Shown piece after piece: positions 39,810 through 53,559 of a stretch of 64,000 nt of DNA; position 1 is the first letter of the stretch; each line of letters opens with the position of its first letter. The notes under the pieces are model-generated. The model was not told the DNA's origin and did not search any database. It was given only the letters and a program-made list of their open reading frames with translations. The stretch comes from Eledone cirrhosa (Eukaryota): the NCBI GenBank assembly GCA_964016885.1, contig OZ024747.1:33480001-33544000 (forward strand), written 5' to 3'. The position numbers and the translations under genes are program-made.

Positions 39810-41544
39810 AAGGTACTGAAACAGAGCTGGAAAAGTGTATGCACAGACACACAGACACACAGACACACACATATATATATTAAATGGAATTTAAATATTT
39901 TGATTTCATTGTTCTGTAAAAAGCTCAATGGAGATAAGAGCACTTTTATACAAGTATATTACAGAAACAACATTAATTATATGTTGTAATACATATGACA
40001 AGATACCAAAGTAATCAGAATATAAAACTATTTCTAACATTACTTGTTATTGTATTTCGAATCTTACAGAAAAACTGCACTAATTACCATGGTTAAAATA
40101 AACATGGTAGAATTAATGGATTATATATAATATATATACATCACTGTTTTTTCATTATAATCATCATTTTAAAGTCTGCTTTCCCTGTTAGCAAGGTTTG
40201 TATTTCTAACATACACATCTTGTAATATCATTGAGTAAATACATGGCCTAGTGGTAAGGATTTTGGATCCTAATGTCACAGGTTCGATTCCTGGGCTGGG
40301 TTGACAATTCATTTCACATCGCTCCAGTATACTTAGCTGAAAATGAGTATCAGCAATAGATGGGAATTTAACCTTGTGATGAACTGGCATCTTGTCCAGG
40401 GGTGATACTAGTATTCTCAGTCACACCAAGCCATGAAATTCGGATAAACACTCAAGAATGGCTCAAGAATCTAAACATTGCATCAATCCATAAAAATGGA
40501 TTGAATATATATATATCAACACTGAAAGGATAAAATGCAAATTTATCTTCAGTGAGATTTGATCTTAGTGTGGAGAGTGTTGTAACTAATACTACACCAA
40601 AATATTTCTGTTTAATGTTCTAATGACTATTCTAATTCATTGCATACATTACACACATCTATTGATATCTAATATAGGCACAAGACCTTATATGTTGTGT
40701 ATGGTATGGTACAGTCAATTAAGATCACCCTCTGTTCATTATCAATACTTCATTTTATCAACACCAGAAGGATGAAATGTAAAGTTGATTTCAGAGATTA
40801 ATCTTAATGTTTGTTGTATATTATTTTGGCTTTCTATTATTGGCACAAGGCCACTAATATGTATGAGAGTAGTATAATTAATTATCAAGAGTAGTCAGTC
40901 CATGAAACTTATTCTATGTCAAAGAAATAAAAAAGCACTATTGGGTCTATGAACGAAAAGAGATAAAACATAAAAATTATACAAAACTAACTTGAATGAT
41001 GGTATAGTTCACATAATGTATTCCTCTTTGGTTTTAGTTTTTCACATTTTTTATTTAATTATTTTTCTGATTTTTAAATATTGCTTCCATCATATTATTA
41101 GCTACCTGCATTCTTTGTTTCTTGGTGGTGTGTCCATGTTACCGTCTATCCTTTTCTAGCCACAAAAACAGACATTAAATGATGGTGAAGATGATGTGCA
41201 TCTTCCTAGGTATTTATATATAAATGGCTTTGGTATTGGCTACAATAATATATTAATAAAGTATTATTGTTAGACCAACTATATTTCTATCTTCATTAGT
41301 CAAGTAAATGCAACTTATAAACAATGGTTTGTTATACTTTTTGACCCCAGTGATAAATAGTGTTTTATTCCGTCTTATCCATACCTTATATATAAATATC
41401 TATACATATATATATATATATACATATAAATATATATACATATATACATATATAAATATATGAGCTAGACATGGTCATCTGACCTAGCATTGCCCACAAT
41501 GCTAGCATGGAAAACTGAACGTAAAACAGCGATTATATATATAT

Positions 41545-42022
41545 CATCATCATTTCATCATTTCATTTTACGTCCGCTTTTTCCTTGCTTGCAAGGGTGG
41601 GACGGGAACTGATTCTGGCTTGATTTCTACAGCTGCATGCCCTTCCTAACACCAACCTCATTTACAGTGAATGCTGGGTGCTTCTTTTTTCCGTGGCACC
41701 TCCACACACACATATATATATATATATATACTCAATGATATTAAATAAATGGAAACTATAGTTATATGGATGCCCTTCCTAACACCAACCTCATTTACAG
41801 TGAGTGCTGGGTGCTTTTTTGCCGTGCACCTCCATGACCACTTTGCAGTGGAATGATAGGGACCCTAGTCCTATCATCTCATTTCTACAGCTGAGTAAAC
41901 TGGAACAATGTGAAATAAAGTGTCTTGCTCAAGGAAACAACACATCACCCGGTCTGAGAATTGAACTCACAACGTTTCGATTGCAAGGCCAATGCTCTAA
42001 CCACTAAGCCATGTGCCTCCAC
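41545..42022 (-). mobile_element. Family B SINE (tRNA head plus RTE-derived tail), split by a microsatellite/PLE piece
   Basis: Reverse complement of 50717-51047. Confidence 0.75.
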
Positions 42023-42061
42023 ATATATATATATATATATATGTATTTATATATATGTATG

Positions 42062-42275
<214 letters not shown>

Positions 42276-42455
42276 TATATACATATATATATGAATCAAC
42301 ATATAGAAAAAAGTACACATAGAAATGTGTTCAATCATAGGGGAACAAAAACCACATAATGAAAACATATCTCTATGTGTACTCCTCTTTTTTTTTCTTT
42401 TTTTTTTCACTTTCCTGACATTTGTACATTATTTTAATAAACTTTTTTAATAAAC

Positions 42456-42576
42456 GGTTTGAGTTCAAATCCCGCCAAGGTTAACTTTGCCTTTCATCCT
42501 TACGGGGTCGATAAAATAAAGTACCAGTAATGTACTGGGTAATTGCTGGCCTTGTGCCTAAAGTAGAAACAATTAT
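42456..42576 (+). mobile_element. 5'-truncated family A SINE
   Basis: B-box, core and tail. Confidence 0.8.
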
Positions 42577-42779
42577 TTTAATAAACTTTATTTCATAAAT
42601 ACATTACAAATCGTTTGCAATTCTTTCAGCATGAAAATATAAACAGAGCATATAAATAAATTTACAGTAGAATAACATAACAAATGTGTTTTAAATATAT
42701 ACATAAATAACATTACAAATGCTCGTGATTCTTTCAGTAAGATATATTCTTTTAATGTTACAATATTAAAGAAAATGTA

Positions 42780-45020
42780 AAGGAAGGGGTGAACAACGGA
42801 GCCAACACCAGAGCAAAAGACAGCATCGAGGAGTCCTGGGCAACCTCTCTAATGATTTTTGAGGCAAGCCAGCACACTGACAGCATTGCCTCGGGTGATG
42901 GCGAGGCTGATGCGCTGAAATAGCCAAGCGCCCTTGCAAGATTCGTAGGTTACCTCTATTAGGTGATCCGCCAGTGAGGAGAAGAACCTCGCAGTCAGCG
43001 GTCAGACTCCCCCAAACGTCTCGAAAGCCACAGGCTGAAAAATGTAGCTGGCCGGCAGATCAGAGTATTTGAGGGTCTTACTCCGCTCGGCTGCAGAAGC
43101 TGTGGCTCTCGTCCTAACTGCAGCATCCTGGATGTGGGAAAGAGCAAATGAGTCACTAACAGTGACATCCCAGACAAGGCACCTGCCTCTTGACCAGGGG
43201 CACAGGGTAAGACCGCCAGGTCTTTAGCCGTAACTTCTGGACAACCCAGATGGTTCCAAGACTGAGGGGATATTCGGCCGGGCCAAAGCTCTCTTCAGAA
43301 TGAGGTCTAGCTCCATGTGACACATGAGGCGGCCAGCATTCAGGCGGCAAGGAAGACCGTGGAGGCTTGTGGAGTTGAGGAGTTTGCCGCATCGGCACCT
43401 CAAACCCATGTACACGTCAGCTCCCAGTCTGAGGGAGATGGAGACACGAAGTTCGTCCAGGCTGAGTAGACCACCAACATTGCCCACGGGTAGGACTTCG
43501 ACGCAGTCGCCTGAGTATTTGGTGCTGGCAGATAGTAAGCAACACATTGCAAAGTGATCTGACTGGATGCAGAGGGAGTCGAAGGTGACCTTCGAACTTA
43601 TGCTGTTCCAAGCTCTCTGACTTCATCTATCGTCCACCTTCTCAGGAAGAGACAAGCCCAACTCACTCCATTGCTGGAGAGATTCACCCAACTCCCTGTT
43701 GGAACTAGTCCATGTTGGAGAGGGGAGGAGGCTGCTCACCAGGGTGGAGCAAGTGTGGGTAGAGGAAAGGAAGCAGGGGAGAAAGAGGAACGAACACTTA
43801 CGAAGATCAAGACCCCCAAATTGCTTGGGCAACGCAGCCTGATCGCGGGTCTCTGGAGAGAGTCTAACATTGACCAGGCACTCGAGTCTCTCGAAGATTA
43901 GGTTGTCGAAGCGTAGTAGACAGGCTGGAAATATGTGAGAGTGGCTGACCCTGAGCAGATACAGAAGCTTAGGAATAGACAGGTAGTTCCTGAGTATGAA
44001 GAAACCTTGATGGGGTTCGATAACTTTGATATTCCTCAGCAGCTGCTCAAGGCCAACCATCTTCAATTGGAAGGTTGACTCGAAGGCCAGGTCTGTGATT
44101 GGGGCTCCTAAGGAGCATCAAGCCGACAGGGGAGGGACCACGATGGAAGGGAAGGACTCTGCGAACAGATCGATCAGCGGTTGGTGTTGAGAAGCCGGGT
44201 GGTTGAGGATCCAGAGCTCACATTTGGAGCTAGTGATATGGAGACCCCGGCGGCCAAGCTCCTCCACCATTTTGTTGGCAGTGGCGAGAACCATATCCGG
44301 AGTTCCCCCCCAAACAGGCCTCGTCGAGGTACCAGACATTGAGGTCCAACTCAACCCCCCATCTTGGTGACGTCATCAATGCCCAGTGCAAACAGAGTGG
44401 GCCCGAGTGGGTCACCCTGTTGGACGCCTGAGGCAGAAGTCATGATCTGGTCACCAAAAGAGAGGTAGGAGGGCTCCCGATAAGCCTGCCAAGCAAAGTG
44501 GTAAAGTTGTGGCACCCTCTCTCTTACTAAGCCAAGGACGATGTCGCGGCTGACGGAGTTGAAGGTGTTCTTGAGGTCAAGTTTGAGGATGACCTTGGGG
44601 GATGATGAGGGCAAGTTGGTAAATGCTCTAGTAGCATGGACAGCAGCCTCACATCCCAACCTGGTACACACCCCCAGCTGGATGGGGGAAAATTCCACCG
44701 CCAGTGAGTCGGAGACCAACAGCAATCACGCTTTTGCAGTGAGGCGGCGAAGTGTGCAGCCAACCGAAAAGCGGCGCAGGTCTCCGTTGGGCTTGGTGAG
44801 ACCAAATAGCTTCGCCCCGAAGAACAGTGGGCGGATCAACGGGAGAACGTTCACTGAAGAGAACTGATTCACAAACAGAGTCAGACTCTCCAAGAGCTTG
44901 AGTCCGGCGTCACTGGCTGATAAAGAGATACCATCCTTGAGGTTTTGAGGGCGAAGGCCGTCAATTCCCGCGTCTGACCCAGCGGGGAAGGGTGAAATCG
45001 CCTTTCTGATGATATCTCTA
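42780..45020 (-). mobile_element. CRE-like (RLE-type) non-LTR retrotransposon, 5'-truncated and frameshifted
   Basis: AGIDGLRPQNLKD, QLGV..GCEAAVH, KLDLKNTFNSVSR, GVQQGDPLGP, WYLDE, GGLDLR, CRCG..HGLPC, RP(G)GLT...WDVTV, PVAFETFG. Confidence 0.85.
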
Positions 45021-45457
45021 TGAACTGTTTTATAACGAGCCCGGAATCTATTCGTTGAGCTCATTAAATTATAGGGTATTAATATGAGGCTTTAACTCCA
45101 TTTTTTTATTTTATATATTGGCGCCTAATTCATTTCTATATGTAAGTACAGCTTCATAAGTTGAATGGTTCTGAGCTGCTGTTTTAGCGGCCTTTTGCTC
45201 TATTCACACCAGCATTGACTATAACACGCACGTGCCTTTTCTCTATACCATGTGGGTTTTCTTATTTATCTGATATATTTTTAGAAGTATTGATCGTATT
45301 TTGCGCCCTATGATAATATAAGCATTTACAATTCTTAATTATATTTTTACATATGTATGTAGTTATTGTGTGTCCCTTTCTTCCCTCTTTCTATATGTTT
45401 GTATGTCTGTCTGTATAAGTGCTTATATGTACATGCATGTGCATGTGTATGTATATG

Positions 45458-45531
<74 letters not shown>

Positions 45532-45532
<1 letters not shown>

Positions 45533-45844
45533 TCAATGATATTAAATAAATGGAAACTATAGTTATGAAACCATACTTATTCTATTATATATATTTCAAG
45601 GGTACCAAAACTTTGTTATGCTTCCATCAAATAAAATATAAAGTTTGTTTTATAAATTTTGATATAACGGTTCAAGTTTTCTTTGAACCGTTAAGGTATC
45701 TTTTCTTGGTTATGTCAAAATTCATAAAACACACTTTGTATTTTATCTGATGAAAGCGTACCAAAGTTTTGGTACCCTTGAAATATATATAATAGAATAA
45801 GTATGGTTTTATAAATACAGTTTCCATTTATTTAATATCATTGA
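45532..45844. mobile_element. PLE-derived fold-back element (family C)
   Basis: Arms 45533-45670 / 45705-45844; hammerhead in the right arm and a decayed mirror copy in the left. Confidence 0.8.
45739..45799 (+). ncRNA. Type I hammerhead ribozyme, canonical core
   Basis: tattttat-CTGATGA-aagcgtaccaaa..ttggtaccctt-GAAA-tatata-TA-atagaata. Confidence 0.85.
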
Positions 45845-45951
45845 ATATTATACTCCAGAAAACCTGTCGAGTGCTCTGATTCAGAGCACTCGACAGGTTT
45901 TATAATTTGTTGGTAATTGTTGAATTACCAACAAATTAAATATCCCTTTTG

Positions 45952-46012
<61 letters not shown>

Positions 46013-46057
46013 TTTATGAATTTGTTTCTTATTAGCAACACGACCCTCCAAAAGTAT

Positions 46058-46130
<73 letters not shown>

Positions 46131-46518
46131 AGTATATATATGTGTATATCTGTATTTGTCTGTATACTTGTGTGTGTATATATGCGTGCATCCGTATGTT
46201 TATATTTCCACTGGACACACACACACGTATGTATCTGTATGTAGGTTTGCGTATGTGATTGTATTTATGTATCAGTTTATATTTGTCTGTGTGACACATT
46301 GTATCGTTTTGTCTGACCGCTTATTTATATTTTTTTTAATTTTATTTTTCCCTATTTATTTACGTATGTATGTCTTTGCAGACTAGTGTGTTTATACGCT
46401 TGTGTGTATTCCATGCATATATATATATATATGTACGTGCACGCGTATTTGTTATATTTATATATGTATATTTATATACTTCTTTACTTATGAGTTCACA
46501 GTCTTACCATACATATAC

Positions 46519-46549
<31 letters not shown>

Positions 46550-46551
46550 AT

Positions 46552-46762
46552 ATGAGGAAGAGCAAAGCCTGGGCGGCGTGCCACAGCTTGAGATCGGTGT
46601 GGAAGTCGGACCTTCGTAAAGACCTGAAAATCCGCCTCTTCATTGCTGTAGTGGAGTTTGTGCTGCTGTACGGGTCTGAAACTTGGACACTGACCAAGAA
46701 ACTCACTCAGATGGTGGATGGTTGCTACACGAGAATGCTGAGGATGGCTCTGAACATTAATA
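46552..46762 (+). mobile_element. RTE LINE fragment (same family as 53555-54367)
   Basis: KAWAACHSLRSVWKSDL...LLYGSETWTLT. Confidence 0.85.
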
Positions 46763-46783
46763 TCTATCTATATATATATATAT

Positions 46784-47170
46784 TATTGTTTCTACTTTTG
46801 GCATAAGGCCAGCAATTACTGGTACTTTATTTTATCGACCCCGTAAGGATGAAAAGCAAAGTTAACCTCGACGGGATTTGAACTCAGAATGGCAAGGGCC
46901 GTAACTCTATGCTTCAAACATCGCGTCCGACCCTGTACCAATACTTCCAATCACCCGCCACTTATATATATCACCGCATTATGGTGACTTGGCAGTATCG
47001 GTAGAGGGTCGGACGCCATGCTTTGCAGCACAGTTACGTCCCTTTACGGACTGAGTTCAAATCCCGCCGAGGTTAACTTTTCCTTTCATCCTTACGGGGT
47101 TGATAAAATAAAGTACCAGTAATACACTGGAATAATTGCTGGCCTTGTGCCAAAAAGTAGAAACAATTAT
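46784..47170. mobile_element. Head-to-head inverted pair of family A SINEs
   Basis: 46784-46962 (-) and 46975-47170 (+). Confidence 0.85.
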
Positions 47171-47244
47171 ATATATATATAATATGGAATTGACGCCCCA
47201 GCAGATTTATCAATGCCAAGACCGTATATGTGTGTTTGTGAATA

Positions 47245-47272
<28 letters not shown>

Positions 47273-47281
<9 letters not shown>

Positions 47282-47976
47282 ACTTAGAATTTACACTCAA
47301 TGGGGTCATTTACAATTATTTCAGCTCTAAGAATCGCTTCTGAGCAGTATAAATTAATATATGATAAACATTTACATGTTTTAGTTGCAATTGACTAATA
47401 AAATAGTTAGAATGAAATATCTTAATTCAAATACATATAGTTTGCCTGTACGATCTAAAAAATAATAAATCAATACTCACAAACCCATATGGGCAAAAGG
47501 CCTTGGTACCTAGATACGTTTAAATTTCAAAATACAAACTTTTTCCGCAGATCGGTCAGAACTTCAAACTTTAAACATGTTTCACAAAGGATGTTATAAT
47601 AGTGAAATAATTAATTAATTAGTAGTGAGTTAATTAATTTTCTGTGTTTATCAATAGGTACCCAGTAAATTAAGTAACTTCACCTCAGAAAAATATCTAA
47701 GGTCTGGTTAACGTAGCGAAAATACACGAGGTTTTGCACACGACTTATTCCAGGCCTCTACCCTCCCACACTCATAGTGCTAGAAATAACAGCCGTTTAT
47801 ATGGGATTACAAATTCAGCTCGACTGAGGGAGCAGTAATATAATATAACTTAGAGTTTACACTCAATGGGGTCATTTACAATTATTTCAGCTCTAAGAAT
47901 CGCTTCTGAGCAGTATAAATTAATATATGATAAACATTTACATGTTTTAGTTGCAATTGACTAATAAAATAGTTAA
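47273..47976. mobile_element. Repeat with ~135-bp terminal direct repeats (PLE-like tandem); related copy at 62320-62790
   Basis: 47273-47409 matches 47840-47975; interior is reverse-complement similar to 62340-62790. Confidence 0.6.
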
Positions 47977-48319
47977 TTTATATATATATATATGTATTTC
48001 ATTTACATCTGAATGTGTGTATGCGTGTGTATATGTATACACATATGCTTTTATAATTTTCTATATAATTTTTATATATTATCCTTTTTACATATTAATT
48101 TTTATATAATCTTTTATATATTTTTTCTTATGTATATTTTCCGTTATTTTTCCACCCTCACTTCCAATTTTTAACAGATTTTAAATCTCATTTCATATTC
48201 TCTATCCCAAACATCTTTGTCTGATGTACGATCCAGATGTATATTAATATTGTCTGGGATCCAGAAACCTTTGGTAATGGAGTAGTTATATATTGTGTTG
48301 TTCACTTTCTAATTAAATA

Positions 48320-48404
<85 letters not shown>

Positions 48405-48491
48405 AGAGGTTATATTTAATTTGTTGTGATGCAACAAGCAAAATATTTTTATAACTGATATAAAGCACTCAACAAATTATTGGTGTAAATA

Positions 48492-48746
48492 TACAATATA
48501 TTAACAAATGGAAACTATATTTATAAAACCATATTTATTTCATTATACATATTTCAAGGGCCACCTATCCAGGAGATTCCAACCAGAATGGTTGCATTTT
48601 TAAGAGTGTGTCAATATTTATTTATAAAACTAACCTATATTATATTTTATCTGATGAAAGCGCACCATAGTTTGCTCAGGTAGCCCTTGAAATATGTATA
48701 ATGAAATAAATATTGTTTTATAAATATAGTTTCCATTTGTTAATAT

Positions 48747-48752
<6 letters not shown>
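48492..48752. mobile_element. Family C fold-back element
   Basis: IR arms 48492-48560 / 48682-48752, similar to 45532-45844. Confidence 0.75.
48643..48708 (+). ncRNA. Type I hammerhead ribozyme
   Basis: tattttat-CTGATGA-...-GAAA-tatgta-TA-atgaaata; stem II partly degraded. Confidence 0.72.
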
Positions 48753-48813
<61 letters not shown>

Positions 48814-50010
48814 GTTAACATATACATAAAGTTATAGATATATACATGTTGCAACTGGTCACTTTTAAGCTATATGAAGAATTAATAAATTAAAAAATCA
48901 GAGCAATATATCATAAATCATGTCTTTAGAATCATCAGATAAAATATATACCATTTCTTCTTCTAATTAGCATAATTAACCATATAAAAAATCAATTAGA
49001 ACAAGCTATAAGAATAAATGCTCTTATGGAGAAATCTCCGACAAATAACCGAACGTAGCCTCTTCGCGGCGGCCTCAATCGAGTATTTATCCAACATTTC
49101 GACAGCATGTATAAACTGACTAAATATACCATCAACCATACACAATTAGGTGTGAAATTAAACTTAGAAGAAATGCGCACATACCGTAATTATATCTCTA
49201 CCATGGTTTCTTCCTTATTTTTAGACATCCAAATAATAGGAATGTCCTGAGTTAGGATTCATCAGGAGACAAACTCAAAATCAGACATCTAGTTTTTCAA
49301 TCCGATCTCGCCAAAAATAGATTCAAAAATGGCTGAGAATCGCTATGTGGTCAAGCCAGAAAGAATGTGATTGGTTGCTGCTAGAAAGCGCAGCCAAATA
49401 TCGCCAAATTTAATCTCAACCTATCAGGGAGATTATTAAATATAAAGGTTAATATATACATAAAGTTATAGATATATACATGTTGCAACTGGTCACTTTT
49501 AAGCTATATGAAGAATTAATAAATTAAAAAATCAGACCCGCCGTAAGCAACCAATCACATTCTTTCTGGCTTGACCACATAGCGATTCTCAGCCATTTTT
49601 GAATCTATTTTTCACACAACACACGCACACACACACACACACACGCAAACGAGACAACTACACACACACACGCACACACACACAGTAGCATTCCACCATA
49701 CGAACATACTACACTGCCAATACAGAGGAACAAGGCAACAACACACGCACACACACACACACACACTCAAGCGAGACAACAACACACGCACACACACACA
49801 CACACAGTAACATTTAACAAACAGGCAGAGAATGGACTGACAGCTAGCGCCATCCCACTCCCTCATTCGGCCGCTGACCTCTGTACGACCGACCCCATTT
49901 CACGCGCACGCGCGCTCTGCCGAATACCTCAGATATTCAAAACAACAAACAGCGAAGGACGCGTTCCGGACTTGTCCGACAGACAACCTTTTCCCCCACC
50001 CCGGAAAAAA

Positions 50011-50046
50011 CCCCAGTTGATGGATGTGAATCCGAAATATATAGGG
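50011..50046 (+). ncRNA. Degenerate minimal hammerhead
   Basis: ccc-CAGTTGA-t-ggat-gtga-atcc-GAAA-tata-TA-ggg; two core substitutions. Confidence 0.55.
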
Positions 50047-50253
50047 ACTATTAAATCTCACCCAAGGTAAGTCTCCCTTGTGTTGTTATTTTTATTTTAT
50101 CCTTTATACTCTTCCCTTCATTCTACACATCTCACACATCTTATACACACCACGCCTCTCAACGTACACCCACTTACATCTCTCTCTCCACCACCGGACC
50201 TTGTTACCCGGAGATTTACCCATTTGCATTGTCGAGGCTTCCAAACGACTTAA

Positions 50254-50326
<73 letters not shown>

Positions 50327-50716
50327 CAGTGACAATTCCTGAAAGTTAACCTGCTGAAGGGGAGAAACGAAATTGGAGCAGGTCTCTCTCTAGGGTGCTG
50401 GAGACAATAAGGGGCAAACGACAGGCATGGAAAGAATGACAGGATGGAGGAAGTAGCGAACACTACCAGCAGGCTAGGAGAAAAGATAGGCGGCAAGTGT
50501 ACTTTTCAAGAAGGGAAGTAGAAAATGAAACATTTCCTGCGACGTGAAGACCAAAGGCATGAGGAGTTCAAGATTGTGAGGCAATGTGTATCTACCTAAA
50601 AGCACAGCCATATATGGGATACCACATATTACTAAATAACCTATCATAATGATAAGCCTCTAGTTTAGATCAGAGTTATGTGACACTCACAAATATATAC
50701 TGTATATATATATATG

Positions 50717-51047
50717 GAAGCACATGGCTTAGTGGTTAGATCATTGGCCTTGCAATCGAAAGGTTGCGAGTTCAATTTTCAGACCGGGTGATGTGTTGTT
50801 TCCTTGAGTAACACACTTTATTTTACATTGCTCCAGTTTACTCAGCTGTAAAAATGAGATGATAGGGACTGGGGTCCCTATCATTCCACTGCAAAGTGGT
50901 CATGGAGGTGCCATGCAAAAAAAGCACGCAGCACTCACTGTAAATGATGTTGGTGTTAGGCAGGGCATCCAGCTGTAGAAATCAAGCCAGAATCAGTTCC
51001 TGTCCCACCCTTGCAAGCAGGAAAAGGGGATATCAAATGATGATGAT
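50717..51047 (+). mobile_element. Family B tRNA-derived SINE with RTE-derived 3' tail
   Basis: A-box TGGCTTAGTGG, B-box GAGTTCAATT; tail gggcatccagctgtagaaatcaagccagaatcagttcc...gatgatgat shared with the RTE 3' UTR. Confidence 0.85.
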
Positions 51048-51350
51048 ATATATTAGGATTGCTGCTCTGAAATAGCGATGTATACATAAATGTATGTATA
51101 GTATATTTGGCAATATACCGTATGTTTAATTAAAAACATTTAGAAGACCATACGATATCGGTTTTAAAGTAGTGACTATGTCACTTCTTTTCGGCGAATG
51201 AAGGGAGTGAAGTTAACAGTCTGTTTCACGCTGGTTGGCAATCATCAAATCCACGCACTCACTGCTTCCCCCGAAAATTATAGAAGCTGGATTCTTATAG
51301 AATTCCAGTAAACATACGGTATATACTATACATAGCAGAGTATAAATGTT

Positions 51351-51462
51351 TTAATATAGAAGAGCTTCTACAGGACTAGAAGTGTTTCATTTGGGAGAAA
51401 TCATCAGGATGATTTCTCACGAATGAAACAGTTCCAGTCCTGCAGAAGCTCTTCTATATTAA
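51351..51462. repeat. Fold-back hairpin containing a hammerhead core
   Basis: ~55-bp arms; minus strand CTGATGA-tttctcccaaat-GAAA. Confidence 0.7.
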
Positions 51463-51465
51463 TAC

Positions 51466-51497
<32 letters not shown>

Positions 51498-52007
51498 TAT
51501 ATACATATATATATATATTTCGTTTCTGAATTTGTTTAGCAAGATTTTTATCTGAAAACGTGTGTTGAAACCGATATTGTTATGCTTTGGGAGGGTCATG
51601 TTGCCAATAAGAAACACACGCACCAGTTGATTCACTCCAATTTATTATAAATTAAATTTATAAATTTAAGAATTTATAAATTTCCGGTTGGTTCGTTGGT
51701 TCCATAACCGGACGGTTGTTCATATATTTTCAAAGTTGTTTCGTCACACATTCTGTGACCTCTTCAGTGACTCGGGATTCTTTTCTTTGTTTTGAGCCTC
51801 TCCTTTCTTCTGTCCTACGCCATCTTGTTTTTTGTGTGTGTTATGTGCTTAGTTTGCGGATGTGTTACATCCGGGTGTCTGTGTGTGTTTTTATTTGTTT
51901 ATTTACATGTTAGTGGTTGGTTGTTTATTCTATGTGTGTGTGTGTTTTCATTTTGTCCTTAATTGTAAGTTGTGATGTTGCTATTCCATTCATGTTTTCT
52001 ATTATAT

Positions 52008-52063
<56 letters not shown>

Positions 52064-52069
<6 letters not shown>

Positions 52070-52358
52070 CAGAAAAAAGAGAATCAGTGTTGTGACGAAA
52101 GGAATTTAATGGGCGACCAGCTCGAGGCACGATTGATATGGTGATCAAACCTGACTCTGAAATTGCGCAGTCCTCGGATAAGTCTTGATTCTACGAAGCA
52201 GATTTTCCTGGTTGCCCGAGAAACAATTATATGTCCAATAAATTCCTTTCATCGCAACACTGATTCTCTTTTTTCTGTGATATCATACTCTGCTCTATGA
52301 GGGCATTGAGTGCTCATACGGCATACCGCATACAGACGCTAAGCATCCAACTCCAATT
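52064..52358 (-). mobile_element. Second copy of the 9016-9376 fold-back family
   Basis: Shared gagaatcagtg..gcgaccagc..ctgactctgaaa and gcatccaactccaa ends. Confidence 0.7.
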
Positions 52359-52386
52359 ATATATACAGTATATATATATATATACA

Positions 52387-52453
<67 letters not shown>

Positions 52454-52537
52454 AAAGGTAAACAGAAATAACAACACAATCGGTACAGTATATGGAAGGG
52501 ATATATTAGGTTAATGCTTGATATAGCAGGAAGAGGG

Positions 52538-52572
52538 TCTGAACATTTCGGACGCAAGTCCTTCATCAGAAG
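52538..52572 (-). ncRNA. Hammerhead core (stem I weak)
   Basis: CTGATGA-aggac-ttgc-gtcc-GAAA-tgt-TC. Confidence 0.55.
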
Positions 52573-52801
52573 AAAGAATGAGAAATAAGATAGATTGAGG
52601 GGACGGGCAGGTTGGAATTGGAAAAATGTCTTTAGATGAAAATAACAGGTCCATTCATGTTGACATCTCTTGCAAAACTGTTGGTGCTGGAGTTTTGTGT
52701 ATGATTTATTTTTGAGAAAAGTGGATGATTGAGCGCGTCTACCTGAAATAGGGGAAAAAAACGTTTTGTAAAAAGAGCTATACTTGTGCACGTGCGTAAC
52801 C

Positions 52802-52863
<62 letters not shown>

Positions 52864-52873
52864 GTGTCTGTGT

Positions 52874-52921
<48 letters not shown>

Positions 52922-53321
52922 TATTATACATCCGTACGAAGCTAACAAGAAATGTGTGTGTATATTTGAGTAACAGAGTGTGTGTGCATATAAGTACGAA
53001 GCTATGAGCAAAATTATGTTAATATAAGAGTGTGTGTGTGTGCACAGGGCAATGAAGGGAAAAGAGGAGTGAACATATATAGTAGGCATGTATTAGTTGT
53101 AAGAGAGATGTTAATGATCAAGAGAAAACGATAGGAATCTAGAGGTGTGATAATGGACGGAGTATTAGAGAAATTGGGGAGGTGAGTTGAGTCCAAGAGG
53201 GGAATAGGACCCAAGGCGATTTTTACATCTGATGAATGAACTGGACGTTTCTGTTAGAATCATCTAATTTTGTGAATCCTTAAGTAATGGAATAATTATA
53301 TTGTGTTGTTTATTATATAAT

Positions 53322-53359
<38 letters not shown>

Positions 53360-53499
53360 TATTATAATAAATGCATGTATGTATATATATACATACTACT
53401 GTACGTCTGTACACATATATGTATGTACGTATACATACGTATATTTAGGTATCAGCCGTACTAAGTGTGAGAAATGAAATTTCGTTTCATTCTTTTCCA

Positions 53500-53554
<55 letters not shown>

Positions 53555-53559
<5 letters not shown>

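Noticed and set aside
49245-49275. Minus-strand CTGATGA with hairpin (also 48930 and 355)
   Set aside because: No correctly placed GAAA/UH, so not counted as hammerheads
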